Source: Bacilli bacterium (GTDB lineage Bacteria > Bacillota_I > Bacilli_A > RF39 > UBA660). Taken from it: a stretch of DNA of 64,000 bases. A model generated the notes under the pieces. The model was not told the origin of the DNA. It saw only the letters and a program-made list of their open reading frames with translations, and searched no databases. Each line of letters begins with the position of its first letter. The stretch's first letter is position 1. Positions 1-9,140 of the stretch are shown in pieces. The position numbers were made by a program, and so were the translations under genes. The stretch lies in assembly GCA_017409025.1 (NCBI GenBank), contig JAFQTN010000001.1, forward strand, positions 71,088 to 135,087, written 5' to 3'.

Positions 1-131
1 GTTATAACATAACTAGTCCTGAAACTATTGTAAAAAATATAGATGATAAACAAGAATATAATAAAATAAAAACAGAAATAAATAAGATATTATTAACTAT
101 AAAAAATGAATCAGAAAAACTAGATAACTAG
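1..131 (+). CDS. 3' end of an unidentified CDS (partial, enters from upstream)
   Basis: Only frame 3 is open from base 3; it ends at TAG 129-131 (..ILLTIKNESEKLDN*) and is followed by a terminator. Confidence 0.4.
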   Translation, partial: YNITSPETIVKNIDDKQEYNKIKTEINKILLTIKNESEKLDN

Positions 132-159
132 GAAAAATTAAATTCCTAGTTATTTTTTT
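126..159 (+). terminator. Rho-independent terminator
   Basis: Stem AACTAGGAA (126-134) / TTCCTAGTT (143-151), then a T-run 153-159. Confidence 0.7.
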
Positions 160-176
160 AATTATTTTATCAAAAT

Positions 177-213
177 AAAAAGTAATTTGGAAAGTTTTTA
201 CGAATAATACTAT
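177..213 (+). promoter_or_regulatory. com-box-like bipartite promoter, copy A
   Basis: AAAAAGTAAT (177-186), 12-nt spacer, TACGAATAATAC (199-210). The same element occurs at 23091, 42851 and 56936. Confidence 0.5.
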
Positions 214-228
214 TGAGGAGGTATAAAA

Positions 229-1083
229 ACGAAAGATAATAAGTTAGAAACAATTACAAATTTATTCGAAGGAAAGGAAATAAGAAGTATCTGGGATAGC
301 AAAAAAGAAGATTATTATTTTAGTGTAGTAGATGTTATATCAGCACTCACTAATAGTCCAGAACCAAGAAAATATTGGTCAGTTATGAAAACTAGGTTAA
401 AAAAAGAGGGTAGTGAAGTGACTACAAAATGTAGTCAGTTGAAAATGTTGTCCCCAGACGGGAAAATGAGATTAAGAGATGTATTAGACACTGAAGGAAT
501 ATTTAGATTGATTGAATCGGTTCCAAGTCCGAATGCTGAACCATTTAAATTATGGCTTGCTAAGTTAGGAAGACAAGAAGTTGATAATATATTCGATCCA
601 TCAAAGGGAATAGATAAAATGATAGATTATTATCTTAAAAAAGGATATACTCTTGAATGGATCGAAGCAAGAATAAAAGCAATTATAAGTAGGAAAAAAT
701 TAACAAAGGTTTGGAATCAATCTGGAATTGAAGATAATATGGAATATGCAATACTAACAAATGAAATCTATAAAGAATGGTCTGGTATGACTGCTAGTGA
801 ATATAAAAATTATAAAGGAATAAGAAAAGAATCTTTAAGAGATAATATGACCGATATTGAGGTTGTGTTAACTGATTTGGGTGAAATTGCTACAAGAGAA
901 TTAACTAAAGAACATAAACCAATTGGTTTAAAAGAAAATAAAAAAATAGCTAAAATGGGTGGTAATGTATCCAAAGTAGCTAGAGATGATATTGAGAAAA
1001 AATTAGGAAAAACAATTATTAGTGACACTAATTCATTAGGATATAAATATGAAAAGGATAACTTTAAAATTGAACATAAATAA
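229..1083 (+). CDS. Bro-N domain protein with DinD-like C-terminal region (antirepressor / DNA-damage-inducible family)
   Basis: The frame is open from 217. Residues upstream of the first ATG (385) read ..FEGKEIRSIWDSKKEDYYFSVVDVISALTNSPEPRKYW, which is typical of Bro-N. ACG at 229 sits 8 nt after GGAGG, where an ATG would be expected. Confidence 0.65.
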   Translation, partial: TKDNKLETITNLFEGKEIRSIWDSKKEDYYFSVVDVISALTNSPEPRKYWSVMKTRLKKEGSEVTTKCSQLKMLSPDGKMRLRDVLDTEGIFRLIESVPSPNAEPFKLWLAKLGRQEVDNIFDPSKGIDKMIDYYLKKGYTLEWIEARIKAIISRKKLTKVWNQSGIEDNMEYAILTNEIYKEWSGMTASEYKNYKGIRKESLRDNMTDIEVVLTDLGEIATRELTKEHKPIGLKENKKIAKMGGNVSKVARDDIEKKLGKTIISDTNSLGYKYEKDNFKIEHK

Positions 1084-1132
1084 TTGACTAATAAGGCTTT
1101 TTTTCTTATAATCTTAAATGGAAGTGATAACT

Positions 1133-2311
1133 ATGGAAAAAATTATCTTAATTAAATACGGAGAACTAACTACTAAAAAAGCAAATCGTAGTCTATTTAT
1201 TAATCGTATCTATGAAAATATGAAAATGTCTTTGGAAGGATATAACGTAAAAATAATTAAAAATAGAGTAAGAATGTTTATTGAAACGGGTAATGAAAAT
1301 ATAGATGAAATTGTAGATATTGTAAAAAATATTTTTGGCATTCATAGTATAGTTATAGCTTATAAAGTTAAAACTAATATTGATACTATTAACTCTTCTG
1401 TTTTAGATATAGCATCTAGTATAGAATTTAATACATTTAAAGTAGAAACTGATAGAGCAGATAAATCATTCCCTATTAATAGTATGGAATTTTCTAGACA
1501 AATAGGTGGATTAATTCTAAAAAATATTCCTAATAAAAAAGTCGATGTTCATAATCCAGATTATTTAATGAAAATAGAAATTAGAGATGATTATACATAT
1601 ATCTATTCAAAAGAAATTAAAGCTTTAGGTGGGTACCCAGTAGGAGTAGCTGGTAAAGGATTATTAATGTTATCAGGTGGAATAGATTCTCCAGTAGCAG
1701 GATATATGGCTATGAAAAGAGGAATAAAATTAGAATGTATTTATTTTGAATCTCCTCCACATACAAGTGTAGCTGCTAAAAATAAAGTAAAAACATTAGT
1801 ATCAAAACTAAACGCTTATCAACCAAATATTAAATTGCATGTAATTAATTTTACCAAAATACAAGAATCTATTTATAAAAATATTGATTCTACTTATATG
1901 ATAACCATAATGAGAAGAATGATGTATCGTATTGCTGAAAAAGTCCTTCGAGAAAGAGATTGTTATGTTTTAATTAATGGTGAATCAGTAGGACAAGTAG
2001 CAAGTCAAACACTAACTAGTATGCAAGTAATTAATAATGTTACAAATATACCAGTAATAAGACCTGTAGCATGCTTAGATAAATTAGAAATAATTGATAT
2101 TGCTAAAAAAATAGATACCTATGAAACATCTATTTTACCATATGAAGATTGTTGTACTATATTTTTACCTAAACATCCTGTAATAAATCCAGAATTAGAA
2201 AAAGCGATTAAATATGAAAACTCATTTGATTATCTTACTTTAATAGAAGAAGCAGTATCTTCTAAAGAAACAATAACTATCAAAAAAGATTATAATAAAT
2301 TTGATATTTAA
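1133..2311 (+). CDS. thiI: tRNA uracil 4-sulfurtransferase ThiI
   Basis: THUMP-like N-terminus and PP-loop LSGGIDSPVAGY. The start could be ATG 1133 or ATG 1118. Confidence 0.9.
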   Translation: MEKIILIKYGELTTKKANRSLFINRIYENMKMSLEGYNVKIIKNRVRMFIETGNENIDEIVDIVKNIFGIHSIVIAYKVKTNIDTINSSVLDIASSIEFNTFKVETDRADKSFPINSMEFSRQIGGLILKNIPNKKVDVHNPDYLMKIEIRDDYTYIYSKEIKALGGYPVGVAGKGLLMLSGGIDSPVAGYMAMKRGIKLECIYFESPPHTSVAAKNKVKTLVSKLNAYQPNIKLHVINFTKIQESIYKNIDSTYMITIMRRMMYRIAEKVLRERDCYVLINGESVGQVASQTLTSMQVINNVTNIPVIRPVACLDKLEIIDIAKKIDTYETSILPYEDCCTIFLPKHPVINPELEKAIKYENSFDYLTLIEEAVSSKETITIKKDYNKFDI

Positions 2312-2369
2312 GTTTGCTATAATTTATTTACTGTTGTATAATTAAATAAATTATAGAAGGAGAGTAATT

Positions 2370-3032
2370 ATGTATTTTAAAGAAAAAGAAGATACTAATA
2401 TAGATAAAGAGTTTGAAAAAAATAAAAAAGTAAGTTTTAATTTTGATTTTAAAAATTTAAATCCTAAATTATTGTTATTTATAGGCGTAGGAATTATTTT
2501 TTTACTTATAGTAATTTTTATAATAACCTCATTAACAAAAAATAATAATGATGATTATACTATTGAATTAGTAGGAGGAGAAAATATTACTATAAATTTA
2601 GGTGACGAATATATTGAACCCGGATATAGTGCATATGATAAAAAAGATAATGATATAACAAATAAAGTAGAAATAACTAGCACGGTTGATACTACCAAAG
2701 CTGGAGAATATGAAGTATTATATTCAGTCGGAAAAACTAATGTAATAAGATATGTTAAAGTAGTAGAAAATATAGATGTAACTTATATCTACTTGCTTGG
2801 TAAAAAAGATATGTATATAGAAATTGGAGAAAAATATACAGAACCAGGATATGAAGTATATGATAGTAAGGAACAAAATTTAACTGAGAAAGTAACTATA
2901 ACAGGAAAAGTTGATGTTACTAAAGTAGGAACATATCGACTAACTTATACCGTAGTCAATTCTAGAAATATAACTACATCAGTAGTAAGAACTGTTATAG
3001 TCGTAGAAAAAGGAAAAAAAACACAAAATTAA
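2370..3032 (+). CDS. Membrane-anchored protein with two Ig-like (DUF5011-type) repeats
   Basis: N-terminal TM helix. Two repeats read G(D/E)xY(I/T)EPGY.(A/V)YD...(N/D)(I/L)T.KV.IT..VD.TK.G.Y.L.Y.V. Confidence 0.55.
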   Translation: MYFKEKEDTNIDKEFEKNKKVSFNFDFKNLNPKLLLFIGVGIIFLLIVIFIITSLTKNNNDDYTIELVGGENITINLGDEYIEPGYSAYDKKDNDITNKVEITSTVDTTKAGEYEVLYSVGKTNVIRYVKVVENIDVTYIYLLGKKDMYIEIGEKYTEPGYEVYDSKEQNLTEKVTITGKVDVTKVGTYRLTYTVVNSRNITTSVVRTVIVVEKGKKTQN

Positions 3033-3062
3033 AAATAAGAAAAAATTACCATATAAATTTTG

Positions 3063-3091
3063 GTATTAAATTTCTAATATTTCACAACCTA
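3063..3091 (+). promoter_or_regulatory. Possible forespore (SigG/SigF-type) promoter of the SASP gene
   Basis: GTATT-N17-CAACCTA fits the G.AT.-N17/18-CA...TA pattern of SigG promoters. Confidence 0.3.
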
Positions 3092-3114
3092 TTAGTGTAG
3101 GAGGTGAAATTATA

Positions 3115-3324
3115 ATGAATAACTCAAATACAAATAAACTAGTTGTTCCAGGAGCTAAGCAAGCTATCGAAAGAATGAAATATGAAATAGCTAACGAATT
3201 TGGTGTTAACTTAGGACCAGATGCAACTTCAAGAGCTAACGGATCAGTAGGTGGAGAAATCACTAAAAGATTAGTAAAATTAGGACAAAATCAATTAAGT
3301 GGTAACTATACTCAAGGTAAATAA
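3115..3324 (+). CDS. Alpha/beta-type small acid-soluble spore protein
   Basis: [47 protein letters not shown] is the canonical SASP signature. Confidence 0.92.
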   Translation: MNNSNTNKLVVPGAKQAIERMKYEIANEFGVNLGPDATSRANGSVGGEITKRLVKLGQNQLSGNYTQGK

Positions 3325-3336
3325 CTATAATTAATA

Positions 3337-3366
3337 AAGGATAGATAAAAATCTATTCTTTTTCTT
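3337..3366 (+). terminator. Rho-independent terminator
   Basis: AAGGATAGAT / ATCTATTCTT stem with a 4-nt loop, then a T-run. Confidence 0.6.
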
Positions 3367-3471
3367 TACATATATGTAAAATAAGTAAATTAATTAAAAA
3401 ACATCTCCTTTACTTGTGTAAAAACTTATAGTATAATACTTTCGTACTAAATTAGAAAAAAGGAGAATATT

Positions 3472-4281
3472 ATGCATACAGTAATACATTCACTAGAAGA
3501 TACTTTAAAATTAATTCCATTTTTATTCATCTCATTCATACTTATGGAATTAATTGAACATAAATTTAATAATAAAAAGAAGTTAAAAAAAATAAATAAA
3601 TTTGGTCCACTAGCAGGAGCAACTTTAGGATTAATTCCACAATGTGGCTTTTCTGTCGTAGCATCAACGTTTTACGTAGCAAGAGTTATCACTCTAGGAA
3701 CTCTTTTTTCAATCTACTTATCTACATCAGATGAAATGTTACCGTTATTAATTGCCAATCAAGTAGGCATAAGTATTATCATAAAAATATTATTTACTAA
3801 ATTTATATTAGGATTATCCTTTGGTATTATTGTAGACTTAATATATAAAAACAAACTAAAAAATAATATAGATGATATTTGTGAAAAAACAAATTGTCAT
3901 TGTGAAAAAGGAATAATTAAATCAAGTATTATTCATACTCTAAAAATATCTTTGTTTATACTGATAATAAATATTATCTTAAACTTTATTATTGATAAAG
4001 ATGTTCTTACAAATTTTATTAGTAATAGTAGAATACTAAGTCCTATTTTATCAAGTATTATTGGCTTAATTCCAAATTGTGCATCAAGTATTGTAATAAC
4101 AGAATTATACATTCAAGAAATAATTCCTTTTGGCAGTTGCATAGCAGGATTATTAACATCATCTGGATTGGGACTATTAGTTTTATTTAAAGAAAATAAA
4201 AATTTAAAAGAAAATATTATTATATTATTGACATTGGTGTTATTCTCAAGTGTTTGTGGAATAGTTTTAAATATTATATAA
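3472..4281 (+). CDS. Polytopic membrane protein, putative metal permease (ArsP_2-like)
   Basis: About 8-10 TM helices, duplicated GLIPQCGFS / GLIPNCASS motifs, and a central Cys/His cluster CEKTNCHCEKG. Confidence 0.4.
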   Translation: MHTVIHSLEDTLKLIPFLFISFILMELIEHKFNNKKKLKKINKFGPLAGATLGLIPQCGFSVVASTFYVARVITLGTLFSIYLSTSDEMLPLLIANQVGISIIIKILFTKFILGLSFGIIVDLIYKNKLKNNIDDICEKTNCHCEKGIIKSSIIHTLKISLFILIINIILNFIIDKDVLTNFISNSRILSPILSSIIGLIPNCASSIVITELYIQEIIPFGSCIAGLLTSSGLGLLVLFKENKNLKENIIILLTLVLFSSVCGIVLNII

Positions 4282-4442
4282 AAAAATAAATAAAAACTTA
4301 AATCTGTCTAATAAATGTAAACAAAAAACAATAAATTTCTAATAAAAATTATATGTGATTAATTAAAATAAAAATACTAAAAAGGTGATTTACAATCATC
4401 TTTTTAAATACCTTAAAAAATTATTTTTTTGTTCTTATAAAC

Positions 4443-4471
4443 TTGTATTTTATTAAGAGATACGATATAAT
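4443..4471 (+). promoter_or_regulatory. SigA-type promoter of the sipW operon
   Basis: TTGTAT (4443-4448), 17-nt spacer, TATAAT (4466-4471). Confidence 0.5.
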
Positions 4472-4502
4472 TAAATAGTATAACAATAAGGGAGTGTTTT
4501 TT

Positions 4503-5162
4503 ATGTCTGCAAATTTAGAAATAGAAAATAGTTTTAATAATATTTTTGGAGTTAAACACTATAATGTAAAAATAATTAAAAAGAAAGAAAATTTCTTTAA
4601 ATATGCAATTAGTGTTCTTTCATATGCATTATTTATTTGGCTACTATTAATAGGAGGTACATTACTACTATATGTAGCAGATATTAAAATAAGGGCAGCC
4701 AAAGGAGATTATTCGGCCCCAGTATTTAATGCTTATGTTGTACTATCTGGTAGTATGTTACCGGAAATTGCTGTAAAAGATATTGTAGTAACCAAAAAAG
4801 TACCTGCAGAAGAATTAGAAATAGGAGATATCATTACGTTTATTTCACCTGATACAAGATATGGAGGAATATCCATAACACATAGAATACTAGATAAAAA
4901 ATATGATGAATCTTTAGGAAGTTATACCTATAGAACAAAAGGTGACAATAATAATGTAGCGGATACTGCCTTAGTACCTAATACTAATATCTTAGGTAAA
5001 GTAATATTAAAAGTACCTAAATTAGGATATATACAAGACTTACTATCAAGCAAAGGCGGATTAATCATAATAGTATTAATACCATGTTTAGTAATCTTAT
5101 CTTATGATATTATGAAGATATTTAAAAATATTGGGAAAAAAACAAAACTAATAAAAGAGTAG
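4503..5162 (+). CDS. sipW: Signal peptidase I, SipW (archaeal/ER) type
   Basis: N-terminal TM helix, SGSMLPEI catalytic-Ser box, ITHRI, TKGDNN, and a C-terminal TM helix. ATG 4503 lies 8 nt after GGGAG. Confidence 0.8.
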   Translation: MSANLEIENSFNNIFGVKHYNVKIIKKKENFFKYAISVLSYALFIWLLLIGGTLLLYVADIKIRAAKGDYSAPVFNAYVVLSGSMLPEIAVKDIVVTKKVPAEELEIGDIITFISPDTRYGGISITHRILDKKYDESLGSYTYRTKGDNNNVADTALVPNTNILGKVILKVPKLGYIQDLLSSKGGLIIIVLIPCLVILSYDIMKIFKNIGKKTKLIKE

Positions 5163-5172
5163 GATGATCTTT

Positions 5173-6837
5173 ATGTCAAAGAAAAAATTAGAGGTTGTAG
5201 AATTAAACAAAAAAGAAGAAAAAATAATTCTCGAAGAAAAACTTAATCCATGGAATTTGTTTTGGAAAAAATACGGACAATTAGTATATTTAACATCATT
5301 AATTCTATCAATAACTATATTAATAATAAGTTTATTTATATTTGTCTCTAATTTGTTCTCATCTGATCATCCAACTATTAAAGAAGTATCAATTGATGTC
5401 GATATAAATTCATCAAGTGTAACATTAGATTCACAATCAGCACTTACTGATGAAACAGCTACAAATACTTTTAACAATAATAGTATCTTCAAAAGTAACG
5501 GTGAAGTATTAGAAGTAAAAACTATTGAAGAAGATTTGTATATTCTTAAATTTTATAGTGATTTTACCGTTATAAAAATAATGAAAAATCAAAATATTGT
5601 TACCAGAATCAATTCCCTAGATGAATATACTTATGGAATAGATGAAAATGGTGTTTTAAATAGTAAAGCAATAATATCAGATACATCAATTATTAGTACT
5701 AAAAATTATCCTTGGGGAAAAGTTAATTTTTATAAAGATGGTTCAGCAGAAATATTTGATTCTAAAATTAATCTCTTTGTTAGAAATTCTAAAGATATAG
5801 AAAAAAATTATATTTCTAATAATAAAGTAAGTTATCTAAAAGAAACTAAAGACATTAATAATATAAAATTAAATTATTATTATGATGGAACTATTGAAGT
5901 AATCAAAGATAATAAAAGTTATTTAGTAAGAAACGAAAATGACTTAGATATAAAAAGTAACAATGTAACATTTAAAAACAACAATGAATCTACTATAAGA
6001 AAAACAATAAACTTATCAGATGGATGCAAAATAGATTATTATACCGATGGTGGAGCAATAATAACTGATGGAGAAAATACAATAAGTGTTAGAAAAAGTA
6101 ATAGTATTATAATAAAAGATAATAAAATATATGAAATTGTTGATAATATATATGTAGAAGTAAGTAATACTAAGGATAATGGAAATGTTACTTACTACAC
6201 TAATGGTGGAGCTGTTATAAAAGATTATAATGGAAAAACATTATATACTCCTGAAAACAGTTATATAAAATATAAAAAAGATAATAGAATATCAAATGTT
6301 ACACATAGTTATGAAAAATTAACAGAACAAAGAACAATAGAAAAGGACAAAATAACAAAATTTGAAACTGTTGCAGTAGTAGAAACAGAAAAATTCATAG
6401 CAATAGTACCAAAAGATAATATTTTATATGATAGTGATGGTTCGCTAAAAGAAATATTAGTAAATGAAATAGAAAATACTGGCAATCCAATAATCATAGA
6501 AAATAATACTAATGAGTTAATTAATTATAGAGTAGTTATTGAAAAGTCAAGTAGAACTAATTTAGATATAGAATATATTAAATATCAATTATCTGTAGGA
6601 GATACTTACATAAGTCCTACAAGATTAGACTCAAAGATATGGAAATATGATAATTTAGCTGATGGACTATCTATAACTGGTACAAACTATATACTACTAG
6701 ATAAAGAATTAGAACCACACGCTAAAGATGAAATAAAATTAATGTTGTGGACAGATTATGAAAAAATTCCAAATTCAATGCAAGATAAATACTTTTATGG
6801 AACAATAAAAGTATATGCATGGAAAGATTTAAAATAA
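5173..6837 (+). CDS. Membrane-anchored repeat protein with C-terminal TasA-like beta-sandwich domain
   Basis: TM helix at about aa 40-65. At least four repeats of Y(Y/K).(D/N)G(G/S/T)A.I.D. The C-terminus IENNTNELINYRVVIEK...IKLMLWTDYEKIPNSMQDKYFYGTIKVYAWK parallels the N-domain of the next protein. Confidence 0.5.
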   Translation: MSKKKLEVVELNKKEEKIILEEKLNPWNLFWKKYGQLVYLTSLILSITILIISLFIFVSNLFSSDHPTIKEVSIDVDINSSSVTLDSQSALTDETATNTFNNNSIFKSNGEVLEVKTIEEDLYILKFYSDFTVIKIMKNQNIVTRINSLDEYTYGIDENGVLNSKAIISDTSIISTKNYPWGKVNFYKDGSAEIFDSKINLFVRNSKDIEKNYISNNKVSYLKETKDINNIKLNYYYDGTIEVIKDNKSYLVRNENDLDIKSNNVTFKNNNESTIRKTINLSDGCKIDYYTDGGAIITDGENTISVRKSNSIIIKDNKIYEIVDNIYVEVSNTKDNGNVTYYTNGGAVIKDYNGKTLYTPENSYIKYKKDNRISNVTHSYEKLTEQRTIEKDKITKFETVAVVETEKFIAIVPKDNILYDSDGSLKEILVNEIENTGNPIIIENNTNELINYRVVIEKSSRTNLDIEYIKYQLSVGDTYISPTRLDSKIWKYDNLADGLSITGTNYILLDKELEPHAKDEIKLMLWTDYEKIPNSMQDKYFYGTIKVYAWKDLK

Positions 6838-6863
6838 ATATATAAGAATAAGAGGTGATACTT

Positions 6864-9140
6864 ATGATAGATTTTGTAAAAGCAAAAAGACATTATATTA
6901 TGGCATTAGCTATAATGTTTGTTGTCGTATCATTAAGTGGAACCACTTATTCTCTTTTCTTTAATGTAGACTCAACAGATAATTTTACTTATAATACTGG
7001 TATTCTAGACTTACAATTTGTTGAAGATGAACAAATAAATATTCAAAATGCTTTTCCAATAATAGATAGTGAAGGCTTAAATTCAACACCATATACACTT
7101 ACTATAAAAAATACTGGTTCTCTACCATATCTATTTGATATAAAAATGTTATCTACAACAGAAGATAATGTTATAGATATGAAATATATTAAAATTCAAG
7201 TAAATAATGATGATGCAGCAACTTTATATGAAAAAAGTAACATTATTGCTTCAAATATAATATTATATCCAGAAGAAGAAAAAACATTTAAAGTAAAAGT
7301 ATGGTTAGATATTAATACTCCAAATGCAGAATTAGGAAAAACATTTATGGCTAAACTTGTAACTAGTGGAGAGGCAATATATAAAACTCTAGATACAAGC
7401 GGAGCTAATCACCCAGATTTAACAGATGATATGATTCCAGTATATTATGATGAAACCACAAAAGAGTGGAAGAAAGCAGACCATAGTAATACAATTAATA
7501 CATATGAATGGTATAACTATGATAATGGAAAATGGGCAAATGTTGTAACAATTAAAAGTGGAAATAAAAAAATATATGATATAACAAGAAATAATAATTT
7601 AAATATAACAGAAACAAGAAACAATAATGGCAATTATATAAGTGATGAATCATCACTAGATATCGGATTATCTAATTATAATTATAATAATATAAGTAAT
7701 ATCTTTAGAATAAAATTTAATGATTTAAACGAAGATAACACATATATTATCTCAAATGGTAAAATAAGTTATTATTACAATAATAAAACAAACAAATTTA
7801 CATTAAAAGTAGGAAATAACACCGTAGAATCTTCTACATATCAACTAGAAGTTGGTAAATGGTATATATTAGGTTATACATACGATACTAATAAAGTATC
7901 ATTCTATATAGACGGAAAAAATATATCTACAAAAAACATATCAGGAAGTATTTATTCAAATAATAGTTTTAAAATAGCTACAGATAATGATCAAACTATA
8001 ATATCAAATCTTGAAGTTGGAGATATCTACATATATAAAAATATTTTAACTGAAGAAAATATAAATAATAATTATAAAAATGAAATAAATATAATTTACA
8101 ATAATCTAGTAGCTGGTTACAATGATTTTGAACCTAAAACACTAAGTGAATATTATGATGGAGAAGACTTTGGTTCAACCATTTTACTAGATGATATTAA
8201 CTCATTCTATGTATGGATACCTAGATATAAATATAAATTGTGGAATGTAACAGGTACCCCAGGAATCGATTCTTATGATGCATATAATAAGGGAATAGAC
8301 ATAATATTTGAAAATAACCAAGAAACATCTGGAGTAATAAAATGTCAAAATAATATTTGTTATAGCGATAATTTATTAATAACAAAAGTAACCAATAATG
8401 ATAATGGAAAATATTATACTCATCCAGCATTTACTACCGAAGAGAAAGAATTAACAGGAATATGGGTAAGTAAATATGAAACATCCACAAGTAGTAAAGA
8501 TTGCAACAGTGAGTCTACATCTGGTTGTCTATCGAATAATCTACAAATAGAATCTAAACCAAATAATACTGCATGGAGAAATAATTACTTATCATATTTT
8601 TATCAAAATATTAAGAAATTTGATACTAATGATAACAATTATAGTGTGATAAAAAATACTGAATGGGGAGCATTAAGCTATTTAACTCATTCTAAATATG
8701 GATTATGTCAAAATAATAAATGCGAGAATATTGGTACAAATAAAACATATATATCAGGCACAGAAATTAAAGATTCAACAACAAATAACATGTATGGTAT
8801 TTTTGACTTAAGTGGTAGTGCCACTGAATTTGTAATGGCTAATTATGCAGATGAATTTAATAATTTAACACTAAATGAGAGTCATTTTGGAAGTACACCA
8901 ATTATCAATAATGACTACGATTTATATCAAAAGAATACTTTTATACTTGGAGATGCTACTAAAGAAATATCACTAAAAGAAGGTATATGGTATAATAATT
9001 ATGCATCTTTTGTAAATGAAACTAATAATTGGTTCATAAGAGGTGGAATAGGTGTAACTGAAAATAATGGAATATTCTACTATAATGGAACGACAGATAC
9101 TAATAGCGAATATATAACAACAAGAATAGTAATAAAATAA
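6864..9140 (+). CDS. SipW-signal TasA-like domain fused to LamG-like and FGE-sulfatase/C-type-lectin-like domains
   Basis: N-terminus ..VVSLSGTTYSLFFNVDSTDNFTYNTGILDLQF..TLTIKNTGSLPYLFDIKM parallels TasA GGGTWAAFNDIKSKDATFASGTLDL..FENNGSLAIKEV. The middle region GKWYILGYTYDTNKVSFYIDG looks LamG-like. The C-terminus has GIWVSKYETS..YGIFDLSGSATEFV..FIRGG. Confidence 0.6.
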   Translation: MIDFVKAKRHYIMALAIMFVVVSLSGTTYSLFFNVDSTDNFTYNTGILDLQFVEDEQINIQNAFPIIDSEGLNSTPYTLTIKNTGSLPYLFDIKMLSTTEDNVIDMKYIKIQVNNDDAATLYEKSNIIASNIILYPEEEKTFKVKVWLDINTPNAELGKTFMAKLVTSGEAIYKTLDTSGANHPDLTDDMIPVYYDETTKEWKKADHSNTINTYEWYNYDNGKWANVVTIKSGNKKIYDITRNNNLNITETRNNNGNYISDESSLDIGLSNYNYNNISNIFRIKFNDLNEDNTYIISNGKISYYYNNKTNKFTLKVGNNTVESSTYQLEVGKWYILGYTYDTNKVSFYIDGKNISTKNISGSIYSNNSFKIATDNDQTIISNLEVGDIYIYKNILTEENINNNYKNEINIIYNNLVAGYNDFEPKTLSEYYDGEDFGSTILLDDINSFYVWIPRYKYKLWNVTGTPGIDSYDAYNKGIDIIFENNQETSGVIKCQNNICYSDNLLITKVTNNDNGKYYTHPAFTTEEKELTGIWVSKYETSTSSKDCNSESTSGCLSNNLQIESKPNNTAWRNNYLSYFYQNIKKFDTNDNNYSVIKNTEWGALSYLTHSKYGLCQNNKCENIGTNKTYISGTEIKDSTTNNMYGIFDLSGSATEFVMANYADEFNNLTLNESHFGSTPIINNDYDLYQKNTFILGDATKEISLKEGIWYNNYASFVNETNNWFIRGGIGVTENNGIFYYNGTTDTNSEYITTRIVIK

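Noticed and set aside
810-1028. This covers the minus-strand or overlapping ORFs in the supplied track that lie inside longer, well-supported genes. Examples are 810-1028, 3066-3263, 6309-6497, 8221-8430, 9791-9985, 11736-12266, 16106-16775, 18506-18892, 19050-19544, 20996-21614, 21777-22229 and 23497-23853. Further examples are 28446-28814, 29633-29815, 31759-32276, 32908-33096, 33306-33854, 36131-36803, 39739-40748, 41390-42715, 43610-44179 and 44794-45204. The remaining examples are 46130-46432, 47154-47363, 48900-49133, 52618-53064, 54182-54430, 55820-56182 and 57844-62887.
   Set aside because: They are antisense or out-of-frame to genes with clear family motifs. They lack ribosome-binding sites. 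Their compositions are low-complexity (Ile/Leu/Phe/Ser-rich), as expected from reading AT-rich coding DNA in the wrong frame.
229-1083. Bro-N and DinD-like genes (also 25864-26697) as markers of a prophage.
   Set aside because: There are no phage structural, integrase, terminase or lysis genes nearby. Both genes are embedded in conserved housekeeping and competence contexts.
8400-9140. The C-type-lectin/FGE-sulfatase-like C-terminus of the 759-aa protein as a diversity-generating retroelement (DGR) target.
   Set aside because: There is no reverse transcriptase. I could find no template-repeat copy of the 3' end anywhere in the window.
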